A DNA stretch of 54,971 nucleotides, the filler included, from Basidioascus undulatus (lineage: Eukaryota), in NCBI GenBank assembly GCA_000826855.1. It is 4 parts of 4 records of this genome, joined end to end, with 100 filler letters (N's around TTAATTAATTAA, not from the genome) between each part and the next. Parts side by side here need not be neighbours in the genome. Positions count along the whole stretch, not along the records: positions 27,599 to 41,236 come from JTLS01000796.1; positions 41,337 to 54,971 come from JTLS01000797.1; 2 more parts are not named here. One strand, given 5' to 3'. The notes beneath the pieces were generated by a model that saw nothing but the letters and a program-made list of their open reading frames with translations, was not told where the DNA came from and searched no databases. Positions 31,841 to 42,977 of the stretch are shown here, piece by piece; positions within the stretch are counted from its first letter, which is position 1; every line of letters begins with the position of its first letter. Position numbers and translations under genes: made by a program.

Positions 31841-33754
31841 GCCCTTCAGATTCTGCTTGGCGGCAGAGCACTCACCTCATCAGCCTTATACTCATTTCTC
31901 GTTACTCCGTTCACTCCAGCGGCCCCCTCAGACCCCTCAGCAGCCGCCTTGGTCACGACCGCACCAACCATGCCTGCCCGCCCGCCGATTCAGCTTGCGT
32001 CGATCACCCCCGCGGCAGCCTGGCCGGCGCACGCACCGTAAGTCTCCTAGCCGGCGAAGACCAACAGATCTCAGGAAGCAGTCCAAGTGTCGATGGCTGA
32101 AAGGCAAGTCTGCTCGCGATGAGGTACAAGGCTGAGGACCAGAGGAGCGATCTCGGAGCAACATTGACGGGCCCGAGCGCGGGGTCGTCCCTGCCTGCCG
32201 ATGCGGCGTCGCTGCCGGTGCTTTGCCTCCTGCCACAAAGTACCTCGATTAGTGTCAGAAACAAGCCCTTGAGCTTTGTTTTCTTGATGCCATACTCTAC
32301 ATGATCGCTTGAGATCCACCTAAGGAGGTGAAGAAGGCGCTGGTCCAGACGGTGCAGGTTTTCACCGTGCCGCGCAAAATTTCAGCGGAAGGCGAGGCGG
32401 CGGGTATGGGAGACCTGCTCTCTGAACCAACAGTACATGGCCCCACTACACATTTGCCTGCAACTTATCTCTCGTGCATTGCGCAACAAGACAGCCAATG
32501 TCGGAGCACGGCCTGCTGCCAAGCGTCCCAATGCCATGCTGTTCGACTGCCGGACCTGCCAAGAAGATAGACTAACTTGAGAATATCGGGCGCCGCAGTC
32601 ACGATCTTCAACATCTCTTCCAAATTCATGGGAAAGGATGCGCAAGCTTACCATCAAGTATCGAGTGTGAGCTAGGATTGGTGTGCCTACAACAGGACTG
32701 CAATAATGTTGATGACCCCGGCCACAAGGTGATGCGGTAGACCTATTCCTCGTCGAATCGTTTCAATACCAACTTGGACCTCTGAAAAATACATATACGT
32801 GAACTCTCCACGAGAGCGTCGGGGATAACTGGCCACACAGCGGAACTGTGCGCTCTGGACTTGCTCCTGTTCTCAGAAACATTCGGCACCTGCACAGTCC
32901 CTTCGAAGGCAGGTCTTTGTGGTCTATATTATATTTACGGGCTCTGACCATGCTGACCGTATGACCAAATGTAAAGGAAAGCACCGAAATTGGATGTCGG
33001 CCAACCTTGTCGGCCACTGAACATGTCCCTTCTGCGACCCACACAGTTTTTGCCGAGTTGGCCACTCGATTCTCATTGTCTTTAACAAGAGTAGAAACGC
33101 TTCTAGTTCTAGAGGCACGAAATGTCACAGCTTCGTCGGCAAACTTGCTCGGCTTGCAGTCTGGAACTGCTGGACGAGGCTACCACACACTCGTGGGCTG
33201 TCTGGCTGCTAGGGCCGCATGCAATCCACATGTGCTCTACAAAAGCCTTCTGAACACCGAGAAGTTACAAAACAATGCAATCCGCCTGCGCTGCCCGTAC
33301 TATTGTGGCCTGCCATTCGCTATTGATGGTCGTTGAAGGTACCGGTCCCGCAATTGCTCGGCTGAAGGATCGGCTGGGGCAGCGCACGTCTGCAGCTGAT
33401 TCAACTTTCTTTTAGGGCTAGAGCTGAATGGCATTGTAAAATCCATGGCATGTTGGTTCGAAAGCTCATCCTGATGAAGGAGAGTAAGCGGTGCAAGACG
33501 GAGCGCGACATCCACCCTTAGTACATGCGGGCCCAGTGAATATGCAAGACCGGTTTCTGCGACATTAGGAATATCGATGTAGACGAAATTGCAAGACGGA
33601 AGAAGCCAATTGAAGCCAAAAGCGTTTTCAAGTTGTTTCAGGAAACGGCTGTCCGAATCTGTATGAATTCTGCATACCGATACTGTCGGGCCGATGGCAC
33701 GGATCGGCACGCGACTCACCTTTCAACCGTCTCCATCCTACTCACTTGCCGGCG

Positions 33755-34230
33755 ATGTTTGGGCTCGGACGTGCGTGGAAATGCATTGCATGTGTGAATG
33801 ACACTATCGATGCTTAGGCTGCATTCACGCCAGGTCTCACTCACCTTGCCGTCGACCTGCTGCTCGTCTCGGCGTTCCTCGCGGGCGTGAAGCGCTCTAC
33901 CGGCCTGACGTGAACTTCCCTCATCCTCTTTGGAACCACGGAGCTGCAGAACCTGATGCGAGGGGTGTGGGACAGACTGGCGCTGACGCGTCTGAAGAAC
34001 CGGGATGTGCGGCGTGAGTAGACTGATGGTTAGTGCCCAGGTGACGTGGAGACTCATCGCGGTACGCCCACAGAACTGCTCAAGAGCTGGCTCGACGTCG
34101 GGGAGTACATGTTCGACGGGGCGGTGATCCTGATGGGGGTGAGTTCCATCCTCCTGATCTCATACGTTTACGGATGCTGAAGACTGGAATGGTCAAACAG
34201 CGCTCGAAGTCGTTCGAGCGGAGACCGTGA
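33755..34230 (+). CDS. Small conserved fungal protein, DUF1748 family (5 exons)
   Basis: Spliced MFGLGR-LTHLAVDLLLVSAFLAGVKRSTGLT-LALTRLKNRDVRQ-LLKSWLDVGEYMFDGAVILMG-RSKSFERRP*. All introns are GT-AG. Not shown in the ORF track. Confidence 0.88.
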
Positions 34231-34836
34231 ACTCCAGACTTCCTTCGCATCTTTCGCGCACCTTTTCCAACTCCTGACTGCTTACATGTTGTAATCTCAT
34301 CACGCTCATACCATCATGCCCCCCATGCCCCTCTCGCTGCTCATCTGCTTTTCCAAAAACTGAGGGGCCTAGAACACGCTTCCGGACCTTACGTCCGTGT
34401 CTTCGTGTGTGCATCCCCGAACTTCCCCTGACGGAGGTACTTTGGTAGTCGGCTTGACGAGTTACACCCCACCGGAAGATGACGTCGAGAGTGGTCATAA
34501 GAGAACAACTGGCACATGAGGCCTACATACATGTCCATATCGTCGGCACCTGCAACGAAATACCCATTCATGGGTGCGTTTGAGGCTTGGTTGACGCCAG
34601 CTTGGCAGCCTGGACAACGGGCGCCGCGGAGACCGCACTGCTCTCTTAATAATTCATTTACCTGGGTTCCGGGGGTCCGGGCGGTGCCAGTCCGGATGCG
34701 TGGGCAGAGATCGGTCTTCCGTCTTTGATGCTCTCCTGGAAGTTTTTCAAACGTATCCTCGTTACCTACCTACCGTTCCTCCTCATCGAACATGAAATGG
34801 AGGTGACTGGTGTGCGCCTGTCGCCTGCGTGGCATA

Positions 34837-34876
34837 CTACATTAATGTAAGACAAAACAGCTACATTAATGCAAGA
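34837..34876. repeat. Direct repeat CTACATTAATG(T/C)AAGA x2, 24-nt period, with palindromic core
   Basis: Copies at 34837-34852 and 34861-34876. TACATTAATGTA (34838-34849) is a perfect palindrome. Confidence 0.75.
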
Positions 34877-35538
34877 GAAGTCAGGATTATCCAGATTATC
34901 GGAGCAGGTGCAAGCAACTATAGACGCTGCTATAAGTTAGCATGGTGCCAGGGCCACGCGCAGTCAACGCTAGGCAAGTTGACTTCGCCCAGCTTCCCTG
35001 CTTGATTGGCCTTGCTCCTTCCTTTCATCCTCCGCTCAACCACGCTCCGCCTGGCCCTCGAGCGCTCCGCCTGCCGTCTTGCATCTCCGGCTATTAAAGT
35101 AGAGTTCGCGTCAGGCTGTAGTAGCATCGGCACGGGATCAGCACCCATCAATGCCCGTGCCGTTGGCCTTCTATGTCTGTGTGCCCCACGCGGCCGACGG
35201 GGCAGGGTCGGCCAAATTTTGGCTGTGTACGCGTATGGGGTCGCTTGAAGGTCTTGCCTGCGGGGCAACGCGTTCGTTTTTGTCCCCGCAAATGGTGTGG
35301 ATGTCAGGAGGTCAGGAGTCTCGCTCCGCTCGAGTCCGTCTACCCATTTAGTCTTGCTGGCCTTGGGACGCCCGCTGCATATCCCTCCTCCACCTAATCC
35401 TGTCTTCTCACTCTCCCAAAAGCGACTCACGTCCTCGCGAGACGCACCTCACACTCCTTGACATTCTTACATCTGTACTCCTTGCTTTCGATTTCTTCAG
35501 CGACAAGCCCCCTGCGCAGCACAACCGCAGCTGTCAAA

Positions 35539-37839
35539 ATGGTCAACTATTCCGACCCCCTGCTTCAGGCACTGGATACGAACCGCTCCGGCATCTTGGG
35601 GCCGTACTTTGTTGGGTGTGCGCTCAATCTTATTTTGATGGGCGTGCTGGCCATGCAATGCGTAAGTCTTGCTCAGCCTCAGAGTTGATGAGGGACAGGA
35701 TCCATGGGAGACTGACGGGCAACGATCACTGCTGAATGCTCGGCGCGACTGCCAACGTACGCGTAGTCGTCATATTTCCGTCCGTCGCGTTCCTTGACTT
35801 CCTCTCTCTCAGCGCAGCTGACGTTATGATAACAGGGATGTACGCAGAGCACCGTATAGCCCTAAAACGAGCATCTACTCACGTCCATGCTGCGTTCGTT
35901 CGTGCAGCTTCCCCAACGAGTGAGCGGCATCCTTTCTCAGCATGAATTGCCAGCTGCTGATCCGCGCTCTTAGCAAAAAGCTGTATAGATATCTTGTCTT
36001 GTTCTTGCTGATAGCCGGTTTGTTCCAATCGGTGCGCACTTTACACGCTTGGTTAATCTGTCTGCCCTTCTAATATTCATATTTCGGCAGGCCTGTTTCT
36101 TTGAGATGGCCTACAGTGAGTCGTGCAGCATGTCGCTTCACATGTATGCACCCAACTGATTTTTGAGCTCCCTAGATGCCTTTGTTAATGTGAGAATGCA
36201 CAGACTACGCTTACAAGCTTATCTGACGCCCTTCTGTAGGGCTATGGCGACCTCAACGTTTGGAACAGTGCGTTCAAGACGACTTCCGCTCCAATCTGAG
36301 TGTTATTGCTGACGTTTCCCCCGCCCAGACACGCACTGGACTTGGCACGCCGAGCCGCTGGTGTCAAGTATCATCGCCATTGCGTGCCAATCATTCTTTC
36401 TTCACCGCTCATGGCGGGTCTCGCGCTCCTTCATCGTTCTCGCCGTGGCGGTGTTCGGCATGCTCGCCGTAAGTTTACTGAAGCCGGAACAATCCGCACA
36501 TTCCGCTTACACAGGCTGTAAAGCAATTTGCTGTTGGTATCGTTTGCAGCTACTTCCTCGCAAAGTGGGTGTTAATGACCAAGGGTAAGTCTGCCTGACG
36601 ACTGGCATGGAGGAACGCGATACTAACCGGCGGTCTTGCATAGTCACGGACATCACCTCGACTGTACGTAGAGCCTTGTGTAACCCTCGAAATTCTCCAT
36701 TCAGCTGATGTCCTGTTTTGGTTGTCAGGCCGCGGCGTCGACCTGGCTCAGCGTCAGCGCCGCAACGGACATCTGGATCTCCGCCTGGCTTGTCTGGCAC
36801 CTGCGCAAAGGAAAGGGTCATGGCTTCAGCACCAGTATGCGGATTTCCTTCTTGTCATTCCAGACGAACAAAGGGGGACTGAAGCGTGGCGGTGTATTTA
36901 GCGGACCAGATGATCCGCAGTCTGTTGCGCTTGACAATGGAGACTGCAGCCTGTGCGCTCTTCTGCCACCTTAGCACTCCTGCGTGTGATACTAACACAT
37001 TTTTTTATCATTTCTACAGTGACCTCCGTTTGGGTGACGATCAAGTACGCCCTTGCTCATCTCTTTGTCTGCTCGCAGTGCAGACTTACAAGCTGTCGTG
37101 CCAGCGTCTTCCTCTACACCCTGGTTCGCAACAACATGGCGTGGTCTATCTTTCAGTTCAAGTAACGTTCCATATTTTCAGTTTACTTCTTTGAAATCCG
37201 ACTGACTCATGGCTTGGATTACAGCATGGGCAAGATCTACAGGTAAGTCGCTTACTCGTCAGTCTCTTGCAATACAGTAACTGAGTAGTGGGCTGCGACA
37301 GCCACACCGTGCTGTACACCTTGCACGCGCGCATGGACATTCGGGGCATACTTTCAAGTGCTCGGGTGCGTATCATTTTGCAGCTTTGGCACATCTTCGT
37401 GGCATTAAGTCAACTCGTCTAGGTCGTCACCTCTTCTCGCGGCCCATCCTCCGACCCAACCCGGCGCGGAACGACCAACGCCATCGCCCTCACCCCTACG
37501 ATTCTGTCAGTTACATCTCACATCTAAAACGCTGAAGTGTGAGGCTAACGTCGATTGTTCATCCACGCCAGCGTCCAGACTCAAGTCGTACAAGACTTCC
37601 AGACGATGTCGAACAACGTCGGCCTCAACCCGATCGCCGTTGCGCCGTTCGAGTTCGGAGACCAATCGGCCGTTATCTCATTGGGAAAGCAAGGCGAGCA
37701 GGAGAAGGACAGCAAGTGGGGCGACCGAACCATCTCCCCTTGGGCCACGGTGCACGATGAGGAGGACGACGCGTACGACGACGACTCGCAGTTCGACCGG
37801 TCAACGAAGGCTGACTCCACCAAGAAGCTCGCCGTCTAG
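35539..37839 (+). CDS. Multi-pass membrane protein, DUF6534-like, many short exons
   Basis: MVNYSDP..GILGPYFVGCALNLILMGVLAMQ; CQSFFLHRSWRVS; WLSVSAATDIWISAWLVWHLRKGKGHGFST; DQMIRSLLRLTMETA; MGKIYS-HTVLYTLHAR. TAG at 37837-37839. Confidence 0.75.
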
Positions 37840-39129
37840 CGTTGTACTACTATCTATCGTATCTATCGTATAATCTTTTAATGTATTCGGCAGTTGTATT
37901 AGTAGAACGAACTTCTCAATTGAGTGCAGGGGCTCGACTGAATTAGCGGTGTTTAGTAGTGAAAGCGTTGCAGCAGCGCAGCACAATTCCATCCTACTCA
38001 ACCTCCAAACATGCAGTCCGTCCTAGATTGTATAACTGATTGTGATTAAGCAACGTGCTCTCGACGACGGTGCTTTTTATATCGACTTAGCACTGGAATA
38101 CAGTCTCCGCGCGAGTGCCATTCACACCCTGCACCCGAGCTACCTCATACGGGACCAACGACAGCGACAGAGTGAAGAGATCATAGACAAGAGGTGGTTT
38201 TGAAAATTCCCGTGCTGCACTCATATGCAGGCCGACACCTGTTGCGCGGATATCCCGCTACTTTTTCCATGGTACCAGTAAAGCCCTCGAGAACACTTTC
38301 ACGCAACTCATGACCTTGAGATTGAAGACATAGGGTCTATGAGACGTTCCCGTGGGCAAGCAACGTTGGGATAAGGAGAGGGTTGCATCTTGAGGCTCCA
38401 CTCTTTCCCTCAGCATCCAGCAAGCATGCAGATCCGACCCCTGTCCACCTCGCGAGTCTGCCTTGTCCACTGTACTGGCGATCCCAGCCCGACAGGTAAT
38501 CTTCCTGGGAGAACGGTCGGCCCAAGGGTCATCGTTTCTGACATTATTCATTGTGGCCTCAGGCAGGCGGTGTCATCACCGTCACCTCGCCAGTGTCGAA
38601 CATACCGCCACCGGTAGTCACAGTGCCTGCCGGATGTAGCCCAGGTCCGACCGCTCCAGGGTGAGCCTAGCTCGGCCTCCATATCAGGCATTGTCATGCA
38701 TCTTTTCACAAGCCCTGTGGGCCGCGCTCTGCGCTAACTCACCCTGAACTCCCGCTCAGTGCAGCGCAGTGCTACCTGCTCACCTACAACGCGTTCGACG
38801 GTTTGAGCGCATGCTCGCCCGTGCATTACTGTACCGTTGAGGCTCCAATCGGAACACAGGGCCTCGGGGCGGCCGGAGGTGGTGTAGTAGCGTTGGGGGC
38901 AGTCAGCCCAGCCTCGCCGCCGCCGGCGCCTGTGCTCGTACAGTCCGTGCCGGTGCTACACTGTTCAAGACTAGGGCGATACCTTGCCGGTGTAAACTTG
39001 AGCGCGTGGCTTGAACGCATGGCATTGAGTGGGACTTCGTGGCCTAAAGCGCAGTGGACGCAAACAAGAGGATGTTGGTCACACTTCGCGGCAAACGACA
39101 AGCGATGGACGTCCATTGCAAGCAATCCT

Positions 39130-41066
39130 CTATAGCTCATCCTTGGCATGCGAACCAGACCAGCCGAACGCATCTTGCAGCTCTGCGGAGTCAGTTTGTG
39201 AAAGAGTCAGTTCTGCCGCCGTAAGGATGTCACAAGCAGGCAACGCACTGGATCGGGTATGCTGCGAGATCTGCGTTGGCAGCACGATGGAGTATTCCAC
39301 GAACAGGCTGAAAGCGCCAAGAAGAGGTCAAGCAACAGCCCGACGCGGATAAAGGAACAACGTACTCGCCGTGCCCGGACGCCTCGTAAATAGGCATGCC
39401 CTCGCCCCGGACCACATCAACGAAACCTGCTCGGAGGGTCCCGATATCAGTGCCAGTGCGGCCTGATAAGTCCCCGAAATACGCACCCGGCTGGGTTGTC
39501 CCCTCCCTCTTCAGCCTGACGATACGCCCATCCAGGTGCGTGATGTTGCGCTGGAAGCCGAGCAGCGCCTCGTCCACGCCGATCGTCTCCCTCCAGTACA
39601 AGTTGGACTCCTTCCTCCTGAACCCGCCCTCGGACACGCCGCTGCGCACGCGCACGATCACGTCGCCCGGCTCGAAGTCCGGATCCTCGTCCGCCTCGCC
39701 CTCGAACAGGTGCTCGTACCCCTCTGGCATGCCAGGGTCGATGTCGAGCGTCAGGCGCGCGACGCCGGGCACGATGCGCGCGCCGGAGCAGTGTGGGCAT
39801 TTCCTGCGATAAATAAAACATGAGCGAAATGCAGATGGGACATGGGTGACAGGGCTGCGCTGAGGGGTTTGGATGGGTTGGGACTGAAAGCTATGCTCGC
39901 TCACCGCTTGATGTGCTTGCCGGAGCCATGGCAGTGTTCGCACGTCGTTTGGAAGTTAGAGCTGCAAGAAAAGCTTTAATACGCAGTTGAAAGGGCATGT
40001 CCAGGTTGCAGAAAACATACAACATGCCAGGGAAGACCTGCTGCTTCACGATCCGGATGCCGCGGCCACCGCAGTGCGGGCAATTCACGATGTCGCTGAA
40101 AATGTCGTAATATGAGTGAAGCGTTTATGACTGGAAGACGTGCTCGACGCACTGATCAGATGCAGCACCGGTGCCCCGGCAGTGGTCGCAAAGCTGTTTG
40201 CGCTGGACCTCGAACTGCTCGCCATACCTAACACGTCAGCGACCGCTCCCCACCTGAAAAAGGACGCCTGGCACATCGATACTGCGCCCGTTATACATGT
40301 CCGCCAGCGAAACCTGCACGCTCCATCTTCAGCCTCAGGGTCTTGCACGACATCTAGCAGAGGGGAACGCACCTCCATCTCCAGAATCATGCTCGGCCCT
40401 CTCCGCACGCCCTGACGCCGGTGCCCGCCGCCGAAGAAGCGCGAGAAGAGGTCGAACGGGTCTTGGTGCCCCCCGGCGCCTTGCGCGTGCCGCTTCAGGC
40501 CCTCCTGTTGCGTGTACAAGACGGGTTGAGCATGGGGAGTGGGGGGGAAGGTAGTGCTTGGGGACGCACCTCGCCGTGCCGGTCGTAGATACCCCGCTTC
40601 TCGGAATCTGACAGAACCTCGTACGCTACAGTGAGAGCGCGTAAGCATTTCCTCGCAAGTCGAAGGAACTTCGAGATAGGGAAGGGGTGGTGCATGGCAG
40701 GACAGGCCAGAAGACAGCCCGAGCCCGGCCTGCTGCTCGCTCAAGCAGCCCACCCCCACCCTATCTCCGAGCCCTCATTAAAGCCACTAACCTTCACTAA
40801 CAGCCATGAACTTCTCCTGCGCTCCCGCCTCCGAATTCTTGTCCGGATGATACTTCCGTGACAATTTCTGTTCCCCCCTCCGCACCATCATAAACTCTCC
40901 ATGACCCTCCCACTTCACACGAAGACCAGCGCACCTTGTACGCCTTCTTAATCTCCGCGTCCGTCGCCCCCCGCGGGACGCCCAGGGTGCGGTAATAGTC
41001 CTCCGCAGCGAGGACGAGCGCTGCGGCCAGGAGGAGGACGAGGAGCGCCGGGAGCCGCCAGAACAT
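39130..41066 (-). CDS. SCJ1: ER-lumenal type I DnaJ co-chaperone (Scj1-like)
   Basis: Signal peptide MFWRLPALLVLLLAAALVLAA, J-domain EDYYRTLGV..KLSRKYHPDKN, CxxCxGxG zinc repeats (CDHCRGTG, CPHCGGRG, CEHCHGSG, CPHCSG), C-terminal AKDEL*. Confidence 0.93.
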
Positions 41067-41236
41067 TGTACGCTGATCGAGCGAGAGGAGGGATCGGGGC
41101 GGAGGGCCGTCTAGGAAAGACACATGCACCCTGATAGTTGGTTGGAGGGAGGAAAGGAAGCGAGGACGTGGCGGTCACTTGACACGCCCAATCGGATATT
41201 CAGCGATGCACAGCACCTCGAGAGTTGGAGGGGAAA

Positions 41237-41336
41237 NNNNNNNNNNNNNNNNNNNNNNNNNNNNNNNNNNNNNNNNNNNNTTAATTAATTAANNNNNNNN
41301 NNNNNNNNNNNNNNNNNNNNNNNNNNNNNNNNNNNN
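41237..41336. other. Assembly gap with artificial linker
   Basis: N-run + TTAATTAATTAA + N-run. Confidence 0.98.
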
Positions 41337-41398
41337 CTCTGCATTTCCTCCCTCCCTCCTCCCTCCTCCCCCGCAACTCACTCCACCCCCAAAACCAG

Positions 41399-41982
41399 TC
41401 CCGCACCGCCCCCCGGTCCTCACGATCCCCAAAGCACACGCGTCCGAGAGCGAGAAGCGCAAGCGCACGCCCGTGCGCTCAGCCTTGCGAAGCGTGACGA
41501 GCGTGGTGTACTGCAAGCAGAGGGAGGGGCTGGTTGCTTCGGCGGGGTCGGCGGACGGGTGAGTCCTCTTTCCCCTTCTCTACCTGCTGTTCCGTTACCT
41601 TCCCTTCTCCTTGTTCCCCTTCTCTCCCCGCCCCCCTCCCTACGCTTCTCCCAGAGAGCTGATGCTGATTGGATCGTTCCCTGCGCACAGCATCGTCAAG
41701 CTCTGGGACCTCCGCGCCTCCCTCTCCTCCTCCAATAAGAAGCCCCGCCCGGTCCACCAGTCCTACGATGCCACCGTCTCCGGCGGCGCCAACAAGCGCT
41801 CGCATGGGATCGCGAGCCTCGCGCTTTCGCAGGATGGCGCGGAGCTGTACGCGCTGGGGACTGATTCCACGTGCGTTGTTTCTTTCGTCCCTCTCCCTCC
41901 TCCCAAACTTCTTCCTCCCTCCCAACTAACGAACCACGACCTCCCCGGCAGGATCTATTCCTACCCCGCCCTCCTCTCACAG
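41399..41982 (+). CDS. Internal exons of a WD40 protein, Cdt2/DTL-like (both ends missing)
   Basis: PVLTIPKAHA..RSVTSVVY..LVASAGSADG|IVKLWDLR..KRSHGIASLALSQDGAELYALGTDS|TIYSYP. Confidence 0.75.
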
Positions 41983-42470
41983 CGTCGACAAGCCGCACCA
42001 CACCGCGCCGTACGTCTACGACGTCGAGATCGACATCGACGACCCCACCAAGGCACGCTCCGTCGCCGCGCTCGCATCCTTCAATCCCTCCGCCGACGCC
42101 GCGCGCGAGATCGCCGCCCTCGACGAGGAGATCGCCCAGGCGACGTCGAGCGTCCGGAACGCCGTCGCGAAGCGTGACTTCCTCGCTGAGTTCGCGGACG
42201 ATCCGGCGCGGTTCGTCCAGAAGTGGCTGGCGAGCCAGGCGCGAGACTTGGATACTGTGTTGGGCAATGAGGTCGCTGGCACGACGGCGGAGGAGATGCG
42301 GAGGGCTGAGTTCTTTAGGAGGGATTGGGTCAATGAGGGTGCGTACTGCCGCTTGGGGGGTGGGTGCGGATGGGACGCTGACGCTAAGGAGGGTCCGGGT
42401 TGCAGCGGTCATCATCGCCGAGTCGCGCATGCTTGCGGAGCGGAAGGCCAAGCTCAGCCAGGGGCGGTGA
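41983..42470 (+). CDS. SNF12: C-terminal exons of a SWI/SNF-RSC SWIB subunit (Snf12/Ssr3/SMARCD-like)
   Basis: VYDVEIDIDDP..EIAALDEEI..KRDFLAEFADDPARFVQKWLASQARDLDTVLG..EEMRRAEFFRRDWVNE|AVII..QGR*. Confidence 0.88.
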
Positions 42471-42977
42471 TCTCGAGGGTGATCTCGTGGGCTGCGTCGA
42501 TCAGGCTCGCTTTCGCGCGTAGTGGGGAAGGCATCTTGTTGTACATGATTGGCAGTGTGGATTGCGAATTTGCGTTTCTTGTTGTGCGATATGCAGCGGC
42601 TGGCTCGTTGCCCGGGGAGCACGGCCCGGTTGGGCTCAACTGACTACGGTGTACCTGCCGTTTGCGCTCAGCTCCGCATACAACAGTCGCTTCCAAGACG
42701 ACTGCAGCCGGCAGACTGCGTCCGCCGGCCCGCTTCGAGCGCCCTTGACTTGCCCATCCCTGGAAAATGCCATGAACTGCCCAGACAACTTCGCGTCAGC
42801 TGCTCCCTGCCTCGCACGCGCCGGCGCGGGCTATTTTCATCCACGTGCCCGACCTCCTCCCCCTCCTCGAATATCCTTTCCCACGCCTCCCTACCCCGAT
42901 CGAGACCTTCCGCAGGACCCCTCTTCTCTTTCTTCTGACCGCGATAATCAGTATACCAGAACCCAATACCCAGCACG

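Noticed and set aside
32300..33720. Minus-strand ORFs of 90-140 aa between the PH gene and DUF1748
   Set aside because: No recognisable family or consistent splice model; may be decayed sequence or upstream exons.
39130..39144. KDEL instead of HDEL on the Scj1-like protein
   Set aside because: KDEL-type retrieval signals are common in fungi outside budding yeast; not unusual.
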